Source: Promethearchaeota archaeon (lineage in GTDB: Archaea > Asgardarchaeota > Thorarchaeia > Thorarchaeales > Thorarchaeaceae). Taken from it: 37,327 nucleotides of DNA. Where the stretch lies: contig WJMJ01000151.1 in assembly GCA_014728035.1 (NCBI GenBank), forward strand, positions 1 through 37,327, given 5' to 3'. Within the stretch, counting starts at the first letter, position 1, and each line of letters starts with the position of its first letter. The notes beneath the pieces are model-generated. The model was not told the origin of the DNA, searched no databases, and saw only the letters and a list, made by a program, of their open reading frames with translations. The translations under genes were made by a program, and so were the position numbers. Below are positions 18,257-28,122 of the stretch, one piece after another.

Positions 18257-18410
18257 AAACTACCTTATATTATCTTTGTGAGATTTCGTATTAAGGAATG
18301 ACAAACGAATTTTTTGAATTGAATTCAGACATAAGACACCATACATCTAATAATGCAGCTGAATGAACTGATAATGATTTAGAATTGGCATAAAAAAAGG
18401 AGACTCACTA

Positions 18411-18920
18411 ATGTCCAAAAAACCAAAACATGTGAAAATCGCTTTGGTTGGGTCTGGAGGTGTTGGAAAATCAACTTTGGCATCTCGATTGGTAACTGGC
18501 GATTTTGTTGATACCTCAATGACGGTAGGGATTTCTGTTGAAACTTGGACTATTGAAGAAGATGCATCGGGAGATTCCTACAAAGCAGTGGCTTTCGATC
18601 TAGGTGGGCAACAGCAATTCCGATTCTTTCAGGAATCAATGATTCAAGGTGCAAAGATTGCTCTGATAGTTTTCGACGTTAGTAGATTTGAAACTCTTAT
18701 GGGACTTGATGAATGGATTGAGATGACCGAGGGGATTCCAAGTTATCGCAGGATTCTTGTTGGGAATAAATTGGATTTGGGGATGTTGATTCCAGAAGGT
18801 GAGATTGTAAAAATAGCAGCAAAATGGAATATGCCTTGGGTTATAGTGAGTTCATCAAACGGAGAAAATTTTGATGATTTAGAGCAAAGGATTATTCAAG
18901 CAATTCGCTCAATAGAATAG
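18411..18920 (+). CDS. Small Ras-superfamily (Rab/Arf-like) GTPase, module 2
   Basis: G1 GSGGVGKST, G2 MTVG, G3 DLGGQQQFR, G4 GNKLD, degenerate G5 VSSS; AGGAGA SD. Confidence 0.92.
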   Translation: MSKKPKHVKIALVGSGGVGKSTLASRLVTGDFVDTSMTVGISVETWTIEEDASGDSYKAVAFDLGGQQQFRFFQESMIQGAKIALIVFDVSRFETLMGLDEWIEMTEGIPSYRRILVGNKLDLGMLIPEGEIVKIAAKWNMPWVIVSSSNGENFDDLEQRIIQAIRSIE

Positions 18921-18939
18921 TTGTGTAGGTAGTTTTACT

Positions 18940-19386
18940 TTGACTGAAGTTACGTTTACTTGTCCTATCTGTTCATCAGAGTTCAAGACTGAAATCGATG
19001 ATGATATGATACGTGAAGGAAAGACGAACCCTGTTCCTATCGTAATTCCACATGGTGATCCTGAACACGCTGTTACTGTCTTTATTGACAAGGAATATCG
19101 TTTAAGAGGAGTAAACCCACTTCAGTTTGTACATCGCTTTGAAGAAGTCAAGCTTGAAAGCAGAGATTATTTCAAATCTTACATTCCATTTCCCTTGGAG
19201 GAAGAAGTGAGTTTTAAAGGACTAGATAACAAGTTCATCACTATTCTTAATGTAGCTGATGGTCATAAGACAGTTGAAGATATTGCGGAGATAATCGATG
19301 AGAGTCCTTTTACTACTAGGATGATATCTTTGCTATTAGTACGAATGGGAAAACTAGATTCGCTAAGGACGGTGATGCGATCGTGA
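18940..19386 (+). CDS. Zn-ribbon plus winged-helix protein, module 2
   Basis: FTCPICS...NPVPIVIPHGDPEHAVTVFIDK; ADGHKTVEDIAEII...LLVRMGKL; colinear paralog of 15980..16423. Confidence 0.82.
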   Translation: MTEVTFTCPICSSEFKTEIDDDMIREGKTNPVPIVIPHGDPEHAVTVFIDKEYRLRGVNPLQFVHRFEEVKLESRDYFKSYIPFPLEEEVSFKGLDNKFITILNVADGHKTVEDIAEIIDESPFTTRMISLLLVRMGKLDSLRTVMRS

Positions 19387-19982
19387 GAGATTTTTTCTTA
19401 AGAAGTAGTTCTAAATCCAAGGAGGTCTTACGCTCTATTGTAGCAACAAAATATAACGAGATTCTTATGGAGAGCATGCTTGAGTTATTCTCATCAAATG
19501 AAGCTATTCAGAGAGTTTTCGAGAAGGGAGTACAACTTGGTCCAGAATTCTTAGCAGAACTTACACCACGACCAGATGATGAACTAGGAGCAATCAGAGA
19601 CTATGCTGAATTGGGCTGGGAACTTTTTGCTGGACATCGTCCAATTGCTATCTCATGGGAAAGGAAAAAATTGGGTGATATTCGACTTTGGATGTATGAA
19701 ATAAAAGATGATGACTGTCCATTTTGTAGAAATATGACAGCACCCTGCAAATTCTGTTATCTTCCTGCTGGTATTATCCAAGGAGCAGTACAAGCTTGGT
19801 CGAATTATCTCCATAATGGATCTTACAAAGCAATATGCAGAGAGACCTGCTGTTCTGCTATCGGAGATCCATATTGTCAATGGACTTTGATTCTAGTCCA
19901 GAGATTGACTGCAGCTGAAGACTTGGAATCTACACTTCCGGATATTTTCAATGAAATTCCAGCTTCATTTTCCACTTTCTAA
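19383..19982 (+). CDS. V4R domain protein (Bet3/TRAPP/H-NOX fold), module 2
   Basis: VFEKGVQLGPEF; CPFC...KFCYLPAGIIQG...RETCCSAIGDPYCQW; GTGA overlap with the upstream stop. Confidence 0.82.
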   Translation: MRDFFLRSSSKSKEVLRSIVATKYNEILMESMLELFSSNEAIQRVFEKGVQLGPEFLAELTPRPDDELGAIRDYAELGWELFAGHRPIAISWERKKLGDIRLWMYEIKDDDCPFCRNMTAPCKFCYLPAGIIQGAVQAWSNYLHNGSYKAICRETCCSAIGDPYCQWTLILVQRLTAAEDLESTLPDIFNEIPASFSTF

Positions 19983-20060
19983 AGATATATTCCAAGTGGA
20001 AAAGCATTAAGAGCGGTCAATACGAATCTCTTTTCGATAACTTTGTTTCATCTCTGGATA

Positions 20061-20753
20061 ATGAATGCTGCAGAAATTACAGCTCCTCACTATTTTCATT
20101 TCTATGCATCGAGTTTGGAATATGAACAATTTATCGAAGCTATGAAGGACGCTGGTTATGACAAATTCAACAGGGGAAAATCAATATATTTAGACAATGG
20201 TGGTGTGCTAATTCAAATTAGGCAAGGTTCAAAAGACACCTCATTCTCTGGTATGATACTCCCCTTGAGAAAACGACTAGTTTTGGATGCCTATAGAAAA
20301 AAGGAAAGCAGAATACGGCTTTTAATATTCCTCTTTGGATGTGCATCGATAATTCTTACAATGTTAATGCTATATGCTCAAAGTATTTCTGAAGTATTCA
20401 CATACAATCTGTTATCGGTATCGTCTCTAATCTCTACTTCAATTTTCTGTATATTACTATTTGTCAATTATCGTATGCAGAAAACAACTCTAGATTTAGA
20501 AGGCGACTCGGTCAAAGTTGAAGTGTTAGCTACAATTGAGACAATCAAAATAATCTCAAAGATTATCTACACTGTTTCCAAAAAGGTAGAAATAACTACT
20601 CTTTCTGATGAAGATAAAAAACTAGAGAAATATATACCCAAGGATATTTGGAATGAATTGAAAGTAGCTTTCGAGGATTCTGGAGTTGTTTCAAGCTTGG
20701 ATATCCCTATATATCGTGTAAGATTACCAAAGTCACTAAAATTCATGATCTAA
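20061..20753 (+). CDS. Hypothetical membrane protein (2 central TM helices)
   Basis: Two hydrophobic segments; no recognised motif. Start ATG 20061 or TTG 20043. Confidence 0.7.
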   Translation: MNAAEITAPHYFHFYASSLEYEQFIEAMKDAGYDKFNRGKSIYLDNGGVLIQIRQGSKDTSFSGMILPLRKRLVLDAYRKKESRIRLLIFLFGCASIILTMLMLYAQSISEVFTYNLLSVSSLISTSIFCILLFVNYRMQKTTLDLEGDSVKVEVLATIETIKIISKIIYTVSKKVEITTLSDEDKKLEKYIPKDIWNELKVAFEDSGVVSSLDIPIYRVRLPKSLKFMI

Positions 20754-20802
20754 TTTTCTGTATGCATGAAACTATTTATGGAATTAATTTGCGGATGATA
20801 CA

Positions 20803-21708
20803 ATGCAAATACCTACTGATGTCGTTCTTGGAGTATTCATAGGACTCTCCACTGCATTACTCTGGGGTATCTCTACCAATGTCTACAAGTCTCAGAGCGA
20901 AGAAGCTACTCCTTTAGCGATTTCAGTTGTGAAAATGTGGCTCTCTGGAGTATTCATGGCGTTCATTGTTCTACTTCCTTTTCGGACTGAGCCATTTTAC
21001 ATTCCTTTGGATTCTATCTTCTTCTTAGTAGCATCGGTTACTGTGGGTCTTGTAGTTGGAGACCTTGTATATTTGATCTCTCAAGAGAAGATAGGTGTCT
21101 CCTATGCATTTCCAATAGCAAATATTTTTCCAATCACAACTTACATTTTCGCTGTATTCCTTGTGGGAGAAGAAATAGTTTTACTCCGTTTCGTTGGAGT
21201 TATTGTGGCTATTATTGGAGTGATTCAAATTTCTCGAGCAAGTGCGAAAAAATCTACAGATGAAATTGAAATTGATGTGAGTAATCTAGGTGGAATCGCA
21301 TTAGCTTTGCTTGCTGCAATTTGCTGGTCTCTAGGAAGTATCTTTTTACAGATCGGTGTAACAGATGTCAATCCTATAGATGCGAATTTCATCAGGATGC
21401 TTTTTGGATCATTTATTATGCTTCCCTTATTCATCGGAGCTAGGCAACAAGGTATGCCTATTCCCAATAAACGATCAGTCAAAATTATCATGTTCGGTGG
21501 CTTTCTAGGAATGGCACTGGGTTCCCTCTTCTACACCTATACCGTTCAACTCATTGGAGCAGCAACAGCTTCGCTATTAGGCTCTACAGCGCCACTTTTC
21601 GCGTTACCTATCTCTATCTTTGGTCTGAACGAAGAATACACCGCGTTGTCAGTTCTAGGAGCTATTCTCACTGTCATTGGTGTAATCTTGGTTGTATTAG
21701 CAATCTAA
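20803..21708 (+). CDS. DMT superfamily (EamA-like) transporter
   Basis: About 10 TM helices in two repeats; ALLWG, KIGVSYAFPI, LVGEEI and LALLAAICWS. Confidence 0.9.
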   Translation: MQIPTDVVLGVFIGLSTALLWGISTNVYKSQSEEATPLAISVVKMWLSGVFMAFIVLLPFRTEPFYIPLDSIFFLVASVTVGLVVGDLVYLISQEKIGVSYAFPIANIFPITTYIFAVFLVGEEIVLLRFVGVIVAIIGVIQISRASAKKSTDEIEIDVSNLGGIALALLAAICWSLGSIFLQIGVTDVNPIDANFIRMLFGSFIMLPLFIGARQQGMPIPNKRSVKIIMFGGFLGMALGSLFYTYTVQLIGAATASLLGSTAPLFALPISIFGLNEEYTALSVLGAILTVIGVILVVLAI

Positions 21709-21746
21709 TGGATAGCAGACCCAGATTATCCTGAGTCTTTCTCCAA

Positions 21747-24545
21747 TTATTCTCTAAAATCTTGGTCTTTGTATTTTTCAGGATTTGCTTCAAATGTCTG
21801 TTTACAATAGGATGCGCAGAAGTAGTACCTCTTGCCCTCGTAATCAGTATATAGATCAGCAGTTTCTGTATCTACATCCATTTTGCAAATCGGATCCACT
21901 GCAATTTTTGGCTCTTCAGTTTTTTCTTGTCGAGTATCTTCGTCCTTGTACTTCTCAGGATTTGCATCGAAAGTTTGTTTGCAATACGGTGCGCAGAAGT
22001 AATACCTCTTGCCTTCGTAATCACTGTACAGGTTGGCTGTTTCAATATCGACATCCATCTTACATATTGGATCTACAGCAGTACTTTTTGCTTCGGTTTC
22101 TTTTTCAGTATCGTCTTCGGAAATTTCAAACTCTTCCGGTGAGAATCGATTGAGAAGAAGCGCATTTGATACCACACTTACACTTGACAATGCCATTGCA
22201 AGACCTGCAAATTCTGGTCTGAGAATAATTCCAATTGGGAATAGGAGACCAGCTGCTATTGGGAGTAGTGCCATGTTGTAAATTAGTGCCCAGAAGAATC
22301 CTTGTTTGATTTTACTCATGGTTGCCTTTCCAAGCTGAATGCCTGTGACAACGTCCATGAGGTTATCCTTGACCAGAACGATGTCTCCTGTCTCAACTGA
22401 TACATCCGTTCCGGAGCCCATTGCAATTCCAACATCTGCTTGAGCTAGAGCAGGAGCATCATTGATTCCATCTCCTGTCATTGCAACAACTCTTCCACTC
22501 TTTTGTAATTCTGCAACTTTTCCAGCTTTGTCCTGTGGAAGTACCTCAGCCATCACATTCTCTATACCTATTTTCTTAGCAATTGCATGAGCTGTACGTT
22601 CGCGGTCTCCGGTGATCATCCAGACTTCGATTCCCTTATTCTTAAGACTCTTGATAGCTTCTTCAGAAGTATCTTTGAGAGTATCTGCAATACCTAGAAT
22701 GGCAAGGGGACCATTTTCAGTACCTGCGAAAATCGTTGTCTTGCCCTGCTCTTGGAGCATCTTACTGTGTTCTGGTAGAGAACCTAGATTGATGTCGTTC
22801 TCGGAGATGTAAGCTTCACTTCCGATGAACACTCTTTTGGAATCGACAATTGCTGTAACACCTTTTCCTGAAACTGCTTCGAACTCCGTCGCATTGGGAT
22901 ATTCGATGTTGTTTTCTTTTGCATAATCAACTATTGCCACAGCTAAAGGATGTTCGCTATTATGTTCAACAGCTGCTATGAGTTGAATAGTGTCTTCTTT
23001 GTTGACCCCTTCTGCAGTTATGATGTCAGTTACAGTTGGTTTGCCAATGGTCAGAGTTCCTGTCTTGTCAAATACGATGGTATCCACTTTGGGAATAGTT
23101 TCGAGACCGCCACCAGTCTTGATGAGCACTCCATATTGAGCACCTTGACCAAGTCCGACCATTATAGCAGTCGGTGTTGCTAGTCCGAGAGCACATGGAC
23201 ATGCTGCTACAAGAACAGCAATCATGAAGCTCAGTGCTCTAACCCATGGTTCAGGTGTTAGAAAGGCCCAAAAGAGAAAGGTTGCAGCAGCGATTACTAG
23301 AACGACTGGAACAAATACTTCAGCAATTGAATCTGCTTTTCGTTGAATTGGTGGCTTATTGGCCTGAGCCTCTTCCACCATCTTTACGATCTGGGATAGA
23401 ACGGTATCTTGTCCTACCTCTGTTGCTTCTACTTGAAGCACGCCATTTTTGTTTATTGTCGCACCTACAACTGAGTCACCAACCTTTTTCTTCACTGGAA
23501 GTGATTCACCAGTGATCATAGATTCATCGACGGAGGACTGGCCATCAATCACTTGTCCGTCAACAGGTATCTTCTCACCAGGGCGAACTAATACAACATC
23601 GCCTACTTCAACGTCCTCAATAGGAATGGTAGATTCCTCGCCATCTCTAATTACTACTGCAACCTTTGCTTGTAGGCCCATCAATTCTCTAATTGCTTTG
23701 GATGTTCTTCCCTTTGCGATTGCTTCTAATGTTCTTCCAAGCAAGATGAAAGTGATTAACATTGCAGCTGTATCGTAGAAGGATCCAAAGCCTTCAAGGA
23801 AGAATGTTGCATAAACTGAATAGAAATATGCAGCACTGGTTCCAAGCATGATGAGTGTATCCATATTGGTCTTGAGATGTCTCAGTCCTCTTAGACTGGC
23901 TTTGTAAAATGGATAGCCACCTATGAATTGAACAGGTGTCGTTAAGAAGAACATAACAATCTCTGGAGATATCGATGCTGGAATAAGTGGAGTAATGACT
24001 CCAAACATTATGAGCGTAACAGGGATTGTGAGAATGAGTGAAAACGTGAATAGTCGTGAATAATACTTGATCTCTTCTTCACGAGCTGATGACTCTCGGT
24101 CTTGAGTATCTGATTCGTCAGAAACCTCAAAACCATGGTCTCGCATTGAACGTCTAACAATCTTGTATGTTACTAGGTCGTCATCATATTCGATAATGAC
24201 TTTTTCGTGATTTGGAAAACCCTTGACAGAGATTATACCGTCGATTTGCATCAGTTCCTGCTTTGTTGACTTCCACTCTTCTCCTGCAGGTGAAGGATTC
24301 ACTGCTAAGCTCATTTTTGACCTTACAGCTTTGTATCCTGTCGAATCTACTGCTTTCTCTAACTTCTCTCTATCCACTTTTTCAGAGTCGTATTCTACTA
24401 CAGCTTTTTCATCTAGTAGACTGACTGATGCATTTACTACTCCATCTTCAGATTTAAGAGACTTCTCAATCGAAGCCACACATGATGCGCAGTGCATCCC
24501 TTCTATGGACATGGACATTCTCTTTGTCTTTTTCTTATCACTCAT
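21747..24545 (-). CDS. copA: Cu(I)-translocating P1B-type ATPase with N-terminal HMA and two C-terminal YHS/TRASH domains
   Basis: [37 protein letters not shown] and MALSS motifs; two copies of DPICKM...Y.GKRYYFC...C...F..NPEKY. Confidence 0.95.
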   Translation of the reverse strand: MSDKKKTKRMSMSIEGMHCASCVASIEKSLKSEDGVVNASVSLLDEKAVVEYDSEKVDREKLEKAVDSTGYKAVRSKMSLAVNPSPAGEEWKSTKQELMQIDGIISVKGFPNHEKVIIEYDDDLVTYKIVRRSMRDHGFEVSDESDTQDRESSAREEEIKYYSRLFTFSLILTIPVTLIMFGVITPLIPASISPEIVMFFLTTPVQFIGGYPFYKASLRGLRHLKTNMDTLIMLGTSAAYFYSVYATFFLEGFGSFYDTAAMLITFILLGRTLEAIAKGRTSKAIRELMGLQAKVAVVIRDGEESTIPIEDVEVGDVVLVRPGEKIPVDGQVIDGQSSVDESMITGESLPVKKKVGDSVVGATINKNGVLQVEATEVGQDTVLSQIVKMVEEAQANKPPIQRKADSIAEVFVPVVLVIAAATFLFWAFLTPEPWVRALSFMIAVLVAACPCALGLATPTAIMVGLGQGAQYGVLIKTGGGLETIPKVDTIVFDKTGTLTIGKPTVTDIITAEGVNKEDTIQLIAAVEHNSEHPLAVAIVDYAKENNIEYPNATEFEAVSGKGVTAIVDSKRVFIGSEAYISENDINLGSLPEHSKMLQEQGKTTIFAGTENGPLAILGIADTLKDTSEEAIKSLKNKGIEVWMITGDRERTAHAIAKKIGIENVMAEVLPQDKAGKVAELQKSGRVVAMTGDGINDAPALAQADVGIAMGSGTDVSVETGDIVLVKDNLMDVVTGIQLGKATMSKIKQGFFWALIYNMALLPIAAGLLFPIGIILRPEFAGLAMALSSVSVVSNALLLNRFSPEEFEISEDDTEKETEAKSTAVDPICKMDVDIETANLYSDYEGKRYYFCAPYCKQTFDANPEKYKDEDTRQEKTEEPKIAVDPICKMDVDTETADLYTDYEGKRYYFCASYCKQTFEANPEKYKDQDFRE

Positions 24546-24576
24546 TTACCTAATCCACTCTCATTTGGTATCTATT

Positions 24577-24601
24577 TTAATTAACAATTGTTACTTAATA
24601 A
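24577..24601 (-). promoter_or_regulatory. Palindromic operator overlapping the copA TATA box
   Basis: TTAA-T-TAACAATTGTTA-C-TTAA at 24577-24598 (near-perfect 22-bp palindrome); - strand TTATTAAG at 24601-24594; 32 nt upstream of the copA ATG. Confidence 0.55.
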
Positions 24602-25071
24602 GGGTTATGAAAGTTACTGTCTGTAAGATTCATATCTATATTTCGGAAAAAGAAAGTAATTTTCTGAACAAATAATTAATTGTTTTATTTTCTATCTGGG
24701 AGTCTCATCTGATTTACGATGTTTCGCTTAGAGGTGGATCTATAATCGTCAAAACTGACGGTGAAGGAAATACTCGAGAGTCTGAGGTTGTTTTAGTAGA
24801 AGTTGGTGGAAAAATATGTAGGCTTCAAGCTAATCATTCAATGACTGAAACTGCTGAGTCTACCGTACAAACCTATCGACAAACTAAATAGAATTGTTTC
24901 CATGCAAATTCATGTCAAATCATATCGAACGATGTTCAAGTTTTGAATCTGTTTAAAAAACACAAGTATTGCATTTGTTTCTGATTCAGAGCTGGATAAA
25001 TATCTGTTTTTAGTCTAGAAATTTCATTGTTAACTTGCAATTTCTACAATACTGTTAACTAGAATGGATTC

Positions 25072-25653
25072 CTAGCCAATAAATTTGTCACTTTCTTTTC
25101 CTTCCTCAGCATCTGACATCATTCGAAGAAGTTTCGTAAAAGCACCAACTACGTTCTCACCGGTCTTAGCTGAGGTCTCTACATACACGGCCGGAACTTC
25201 GAGTTTCTCCATGAAGTATTCTGTAAATTCTTCTCCTTCTTCAGTCGTAACTTCGTTATCCACAGTTCCTCTCAGGTCTATTTTGTTTGCAACAATTATT
25301 GTCGGCGGGAGCTTACCCATGTTCTTGTACGCTTCCACTAACCATTTACTCGCATTGTCAAATGATTCTCGATTGGTAATTGAGTATACAAGTACTATGC
25401 CATTACATCCTTGATAGTAATGTCCTCTTACTTTTTCAAATGTTGGCTGACCTGCCAAGTCCCATATAATGAATTTCACAACATCGCCATCAAATAAAAC
25501 ACGTTTTGTTGCAAGGTCTACACCAATTGTAGCTAAATGCCCCTCGATGAAATCTTCCCCGAGATAGTTTCTTCTTATACTGGTCTTTCCGACAGCACCA
25601 TCTCCAATCAGTACAGACTTCATAATCCGACTGCCATCGTCCTGATTTCTCAA
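25072..25653 (-). CDS. Rab-like small GTPase
   Basis: GDGAVGKTS, ATIGVDL, KFIIWDLAGQ, YYQGC, LVYSIT, ANKID and ETSAK. TTG 25653 lies 7 nt after GGAGG (25665-25661). Confidence 0.93.
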   Translation of the reverse strand: MRNQDDGSRIMKSVLIGDGAVGKTSIRRNYLGEDFIEGHLATIGVDLATKRVLFDGDVVKFIIWDLAGQPTFEKVRGHYYQGCNGIVLVYSITNRESFDNASKWLVEAYKNMGKLPPTIIVANKIDLRGTVDNEVTTEEGEEFTEYFMEKLEVPAVYVETSAKTGENVVGAFTKLLRMMSDAEEGKESDKFIG

Positions 25654-25852
25654 ACTATTTCCTCCATAGTTCATCAATAGCCTATATATTGAAAACATTT
25701 ACGGAAGTATATAACTTTGAACTATCTACTACTCGAGTACCATTGCATGCGGAAATTGAATCAGCTGTTCTACACAAACAATGTTTATACTTTTCTTCTA
25801 GTATTATCATGTTAATGCTTTCAAACAAGCAGATGTTGAGGGATAGTATCCA

Positions 25853-27895
25853 TTGAATGCAAGAACAGTATTATTTGCAATCGCAGTTTTATGCGTTGCT
25901 TCACTACTTCCACAATATTCTTTCCAATATCAGAGTGATGAACAAGCAATCTTTGAGCACATGGATAGTACAACTGCTATCCCGATTAACATCAATGGTA
26001 ATAGTGAACTTGATGCATTGGGACTACAAGGTAACGGGACACAAGAAGACCCGTACATCCTAGAAAACATCGAAATAGCTACAGATGAGGGTGATTGCAT
26101 TCGGATTGAGAACATAGATCGGTTTCTTGTAATCCGAAATTGTAGCTTGTCCACAACAGGGTCCGCATATGCTACCTGTATTGTTCTGATTGATTTAAAA
26201 AATGTCAATATCTCAAATTGTTATTTGGCTGATGGATATCACGGTATCTACTCAGATGGTATTTCTCACTGTTCCTTTTTGGATAATCAAATAGTTGCCA
26301 TCGAGTCAAATGGATTTGACATTTATCGTAGTCATCATCTGCATTTTGAAAATAACAACTTGGTTAATTCAACCCAAGCAGTTTCTATAGTTCTGTTTTC
26401 CTGTCAGGAATCTTTGGTATATAATAATTCATTCAATGAGATTCATGTGAAAGAGTCAAGTAATGTTTCTACACTACATAACAATGTTTTTACACTATAT
26501 CATGATGTCGGCATACCTATTATGAGTGATGGCATTTTCTATTGGGGGTCAGAATCATCGTTAATTTGCAATAATTCAATTGATTCCATAAAGGGATTAG
26601 GAATTCATGTATACAACGGCTCCTCACACATTATAATCAAAAATAATAGCATAACAGAATGTGATGAAGGAATCGTTGTGTCAACTGAATGTGAAAATAT
26701 TATTGTAGAAAATAACTACATTTTTGATATTGTAGATAACGATGGAATACGGGTTGGACAATCTAAGAATGTACAACTTCTTTCAAATACCATTTATTCA
26801 GGGATAAATGGAATTGAAATTATCCAGACTGAAGACGTAAAAATATGGAACAATACGATTTCAACATCTTATTGTGATGCTATTAGAGTTGATGCTTCCA
26901 CAGGTATTGATGTGGTTAGCAATGCAATCCACGACATCTCAGATTTTGGTATTCATGTTGAATCCCGTCCTAACCAATTCACGTTCCAAGACACTAAAGG
27001 AGGGCATATACGTATCGTTGGAAATATCATACGTACCATTGGAATTAGTGGCATTGACTTGGCTGGAGAAAACAATTCATATATCGAGTATAACTCCATT
27101 GATGACTGTGGTCAAAGTGGAATAAGGATGTATTCTTGCACATTTGGAATTCTCAAAGGAAATCATATCTCCAATTGTACCGAATACGGCCTTTACATGG
27201 GTTATTCGTCCCATATCAGTATTTTTGAGAATGCATTCATATCCGCAAATGATCGGTTAGTCAAGGTATACCGGTCAGATGATGCACTTTGGAGCAATAA
27301 TAGCAGAGGAAACTATTATGGTGACCATCCTATCACTGATGACGATAACGATGGGATAGCTGATTCTTCATATGCAATTAGTTTTGATTACACTGATTCA
27401 TATCCATTAGCTAAAATTCCTGAGATTGGTAAATCTAATGGTCCGTATGTGGGATGCTTCTTCGATTTTATCGAGTCCCCTCAAATTGATACTGTAGATG
27501 TTCTTGTAATTCCTTTTGGGTTATCTCCTAATGCGGATGTAATTCTCTCTTTTTCAATAAATCAGGGTAACTCGTGGGAAAACAAAACTGTGACCACATC
27601 TACTGATATTTGGTCGGTCAGACTTACAGATTTGCAGCAGAATGTTGAGGTCATTTGTAAAATCTTTGCATTGGATCCACTTTCTGGATGGATGAGGTCT
27701 GCATCGTATAGTTTCATTATAATATCAAATGGAACTAATAGTCAAGCTGATGAATTTCCTGTACCTCTTGATATTCCGACAATTGTTACAATTGCAGGCT
27801 TTGCAGTCATTGTAGGTGGAATTGCAACAATATGTAGATTCGCTCGTAAGTCGAGAAATCAGGCGCGGTGGGAACAATATATGGATGGCTTATAG
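25853..27895 (+). CDS. Right-handed parallel beta-helix (NosD/CASH-like) surface protein
   Basis: Signal peptide, GNGTQEDPYILENIEI, many N.I......GI.V repeats, GNYYGD...D.DNDGI.D..Y...D.YPL cap and C-terminal TM. Paralogous to 10326..11612. Confidence 0.87.
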   Translation: MNARTVLFAIAVLCVASLLPQYSFQYQSDEQAIFEHMDSTTAIPININGNSELDALGLQGNGTQEDPYILENIEIATDEGDCIRIENIDRFLVIRNCSLSTTGSAYATCIVLIDLKNVNISNCYLADGYHGIYSDGISHCSFLDNQIVAIESNGFDIYRSHHLHFENNNLVNSTQAVSIVLFSCQESLVYNNSFNEIHVKESSNVSTLHNNVFTLYHDVGIPIMSDGIFYWGSESSLICNNSIDSIKGLGIHVYNGSSHIIIKNNSITECDEGIVVSTECENIIVENNYIFDIVDNDGIRVGQSKNVQLLSNTIYSGINGIEIIQTEDVKIWNNTISTSYCDAIRVDASTGIDVVSNAIHDISDFGIHVESRPNQFTFQDTKGGHIRIVGNIIRTIGISGIDLAGENNSYIEYNSIDDCGQSGIRMYSCTFGILKGNHISNCTEYGLYMGYSSHISIFENAFISANDRLVKVYRSDDALWSNNSRGNYYGDHPITDDDNDGIADSSYAISFDYTDSYPLAKIPEIGKSNGPYVGCFFDFIESPQIDTVDVLVIPFGLSPNADVILSFSINQGNSWENKTVTTSTDIWSVRLTDLQQNVEVICKIFALDPLSGWMRSASYSFIIISNGTNSQADEFPVPLDIPTIVTIAGFAVIVGGIATICRFARKSRNQARWEQYMDGL

Positions 27896-28122
27896 AACCG
27901 ATGTTAGAATGAAGTTTTAGTGGTAAAAATCATTTATCAACTATTCATATATTTGTGAATTAAATTTGCTAGCTTAATCCTTTTCATCTACTCTGAATGT
28001 TTGGATCATACTCTTTATGATTGTTAAGATATTTCAAGCTTCACGAAATGATAATAGATATGGATGATCTTGGGTTATGTTCAAGAATGCTAACCAATTC
28101 ATAATGTTTCAAATTTAAAGCG

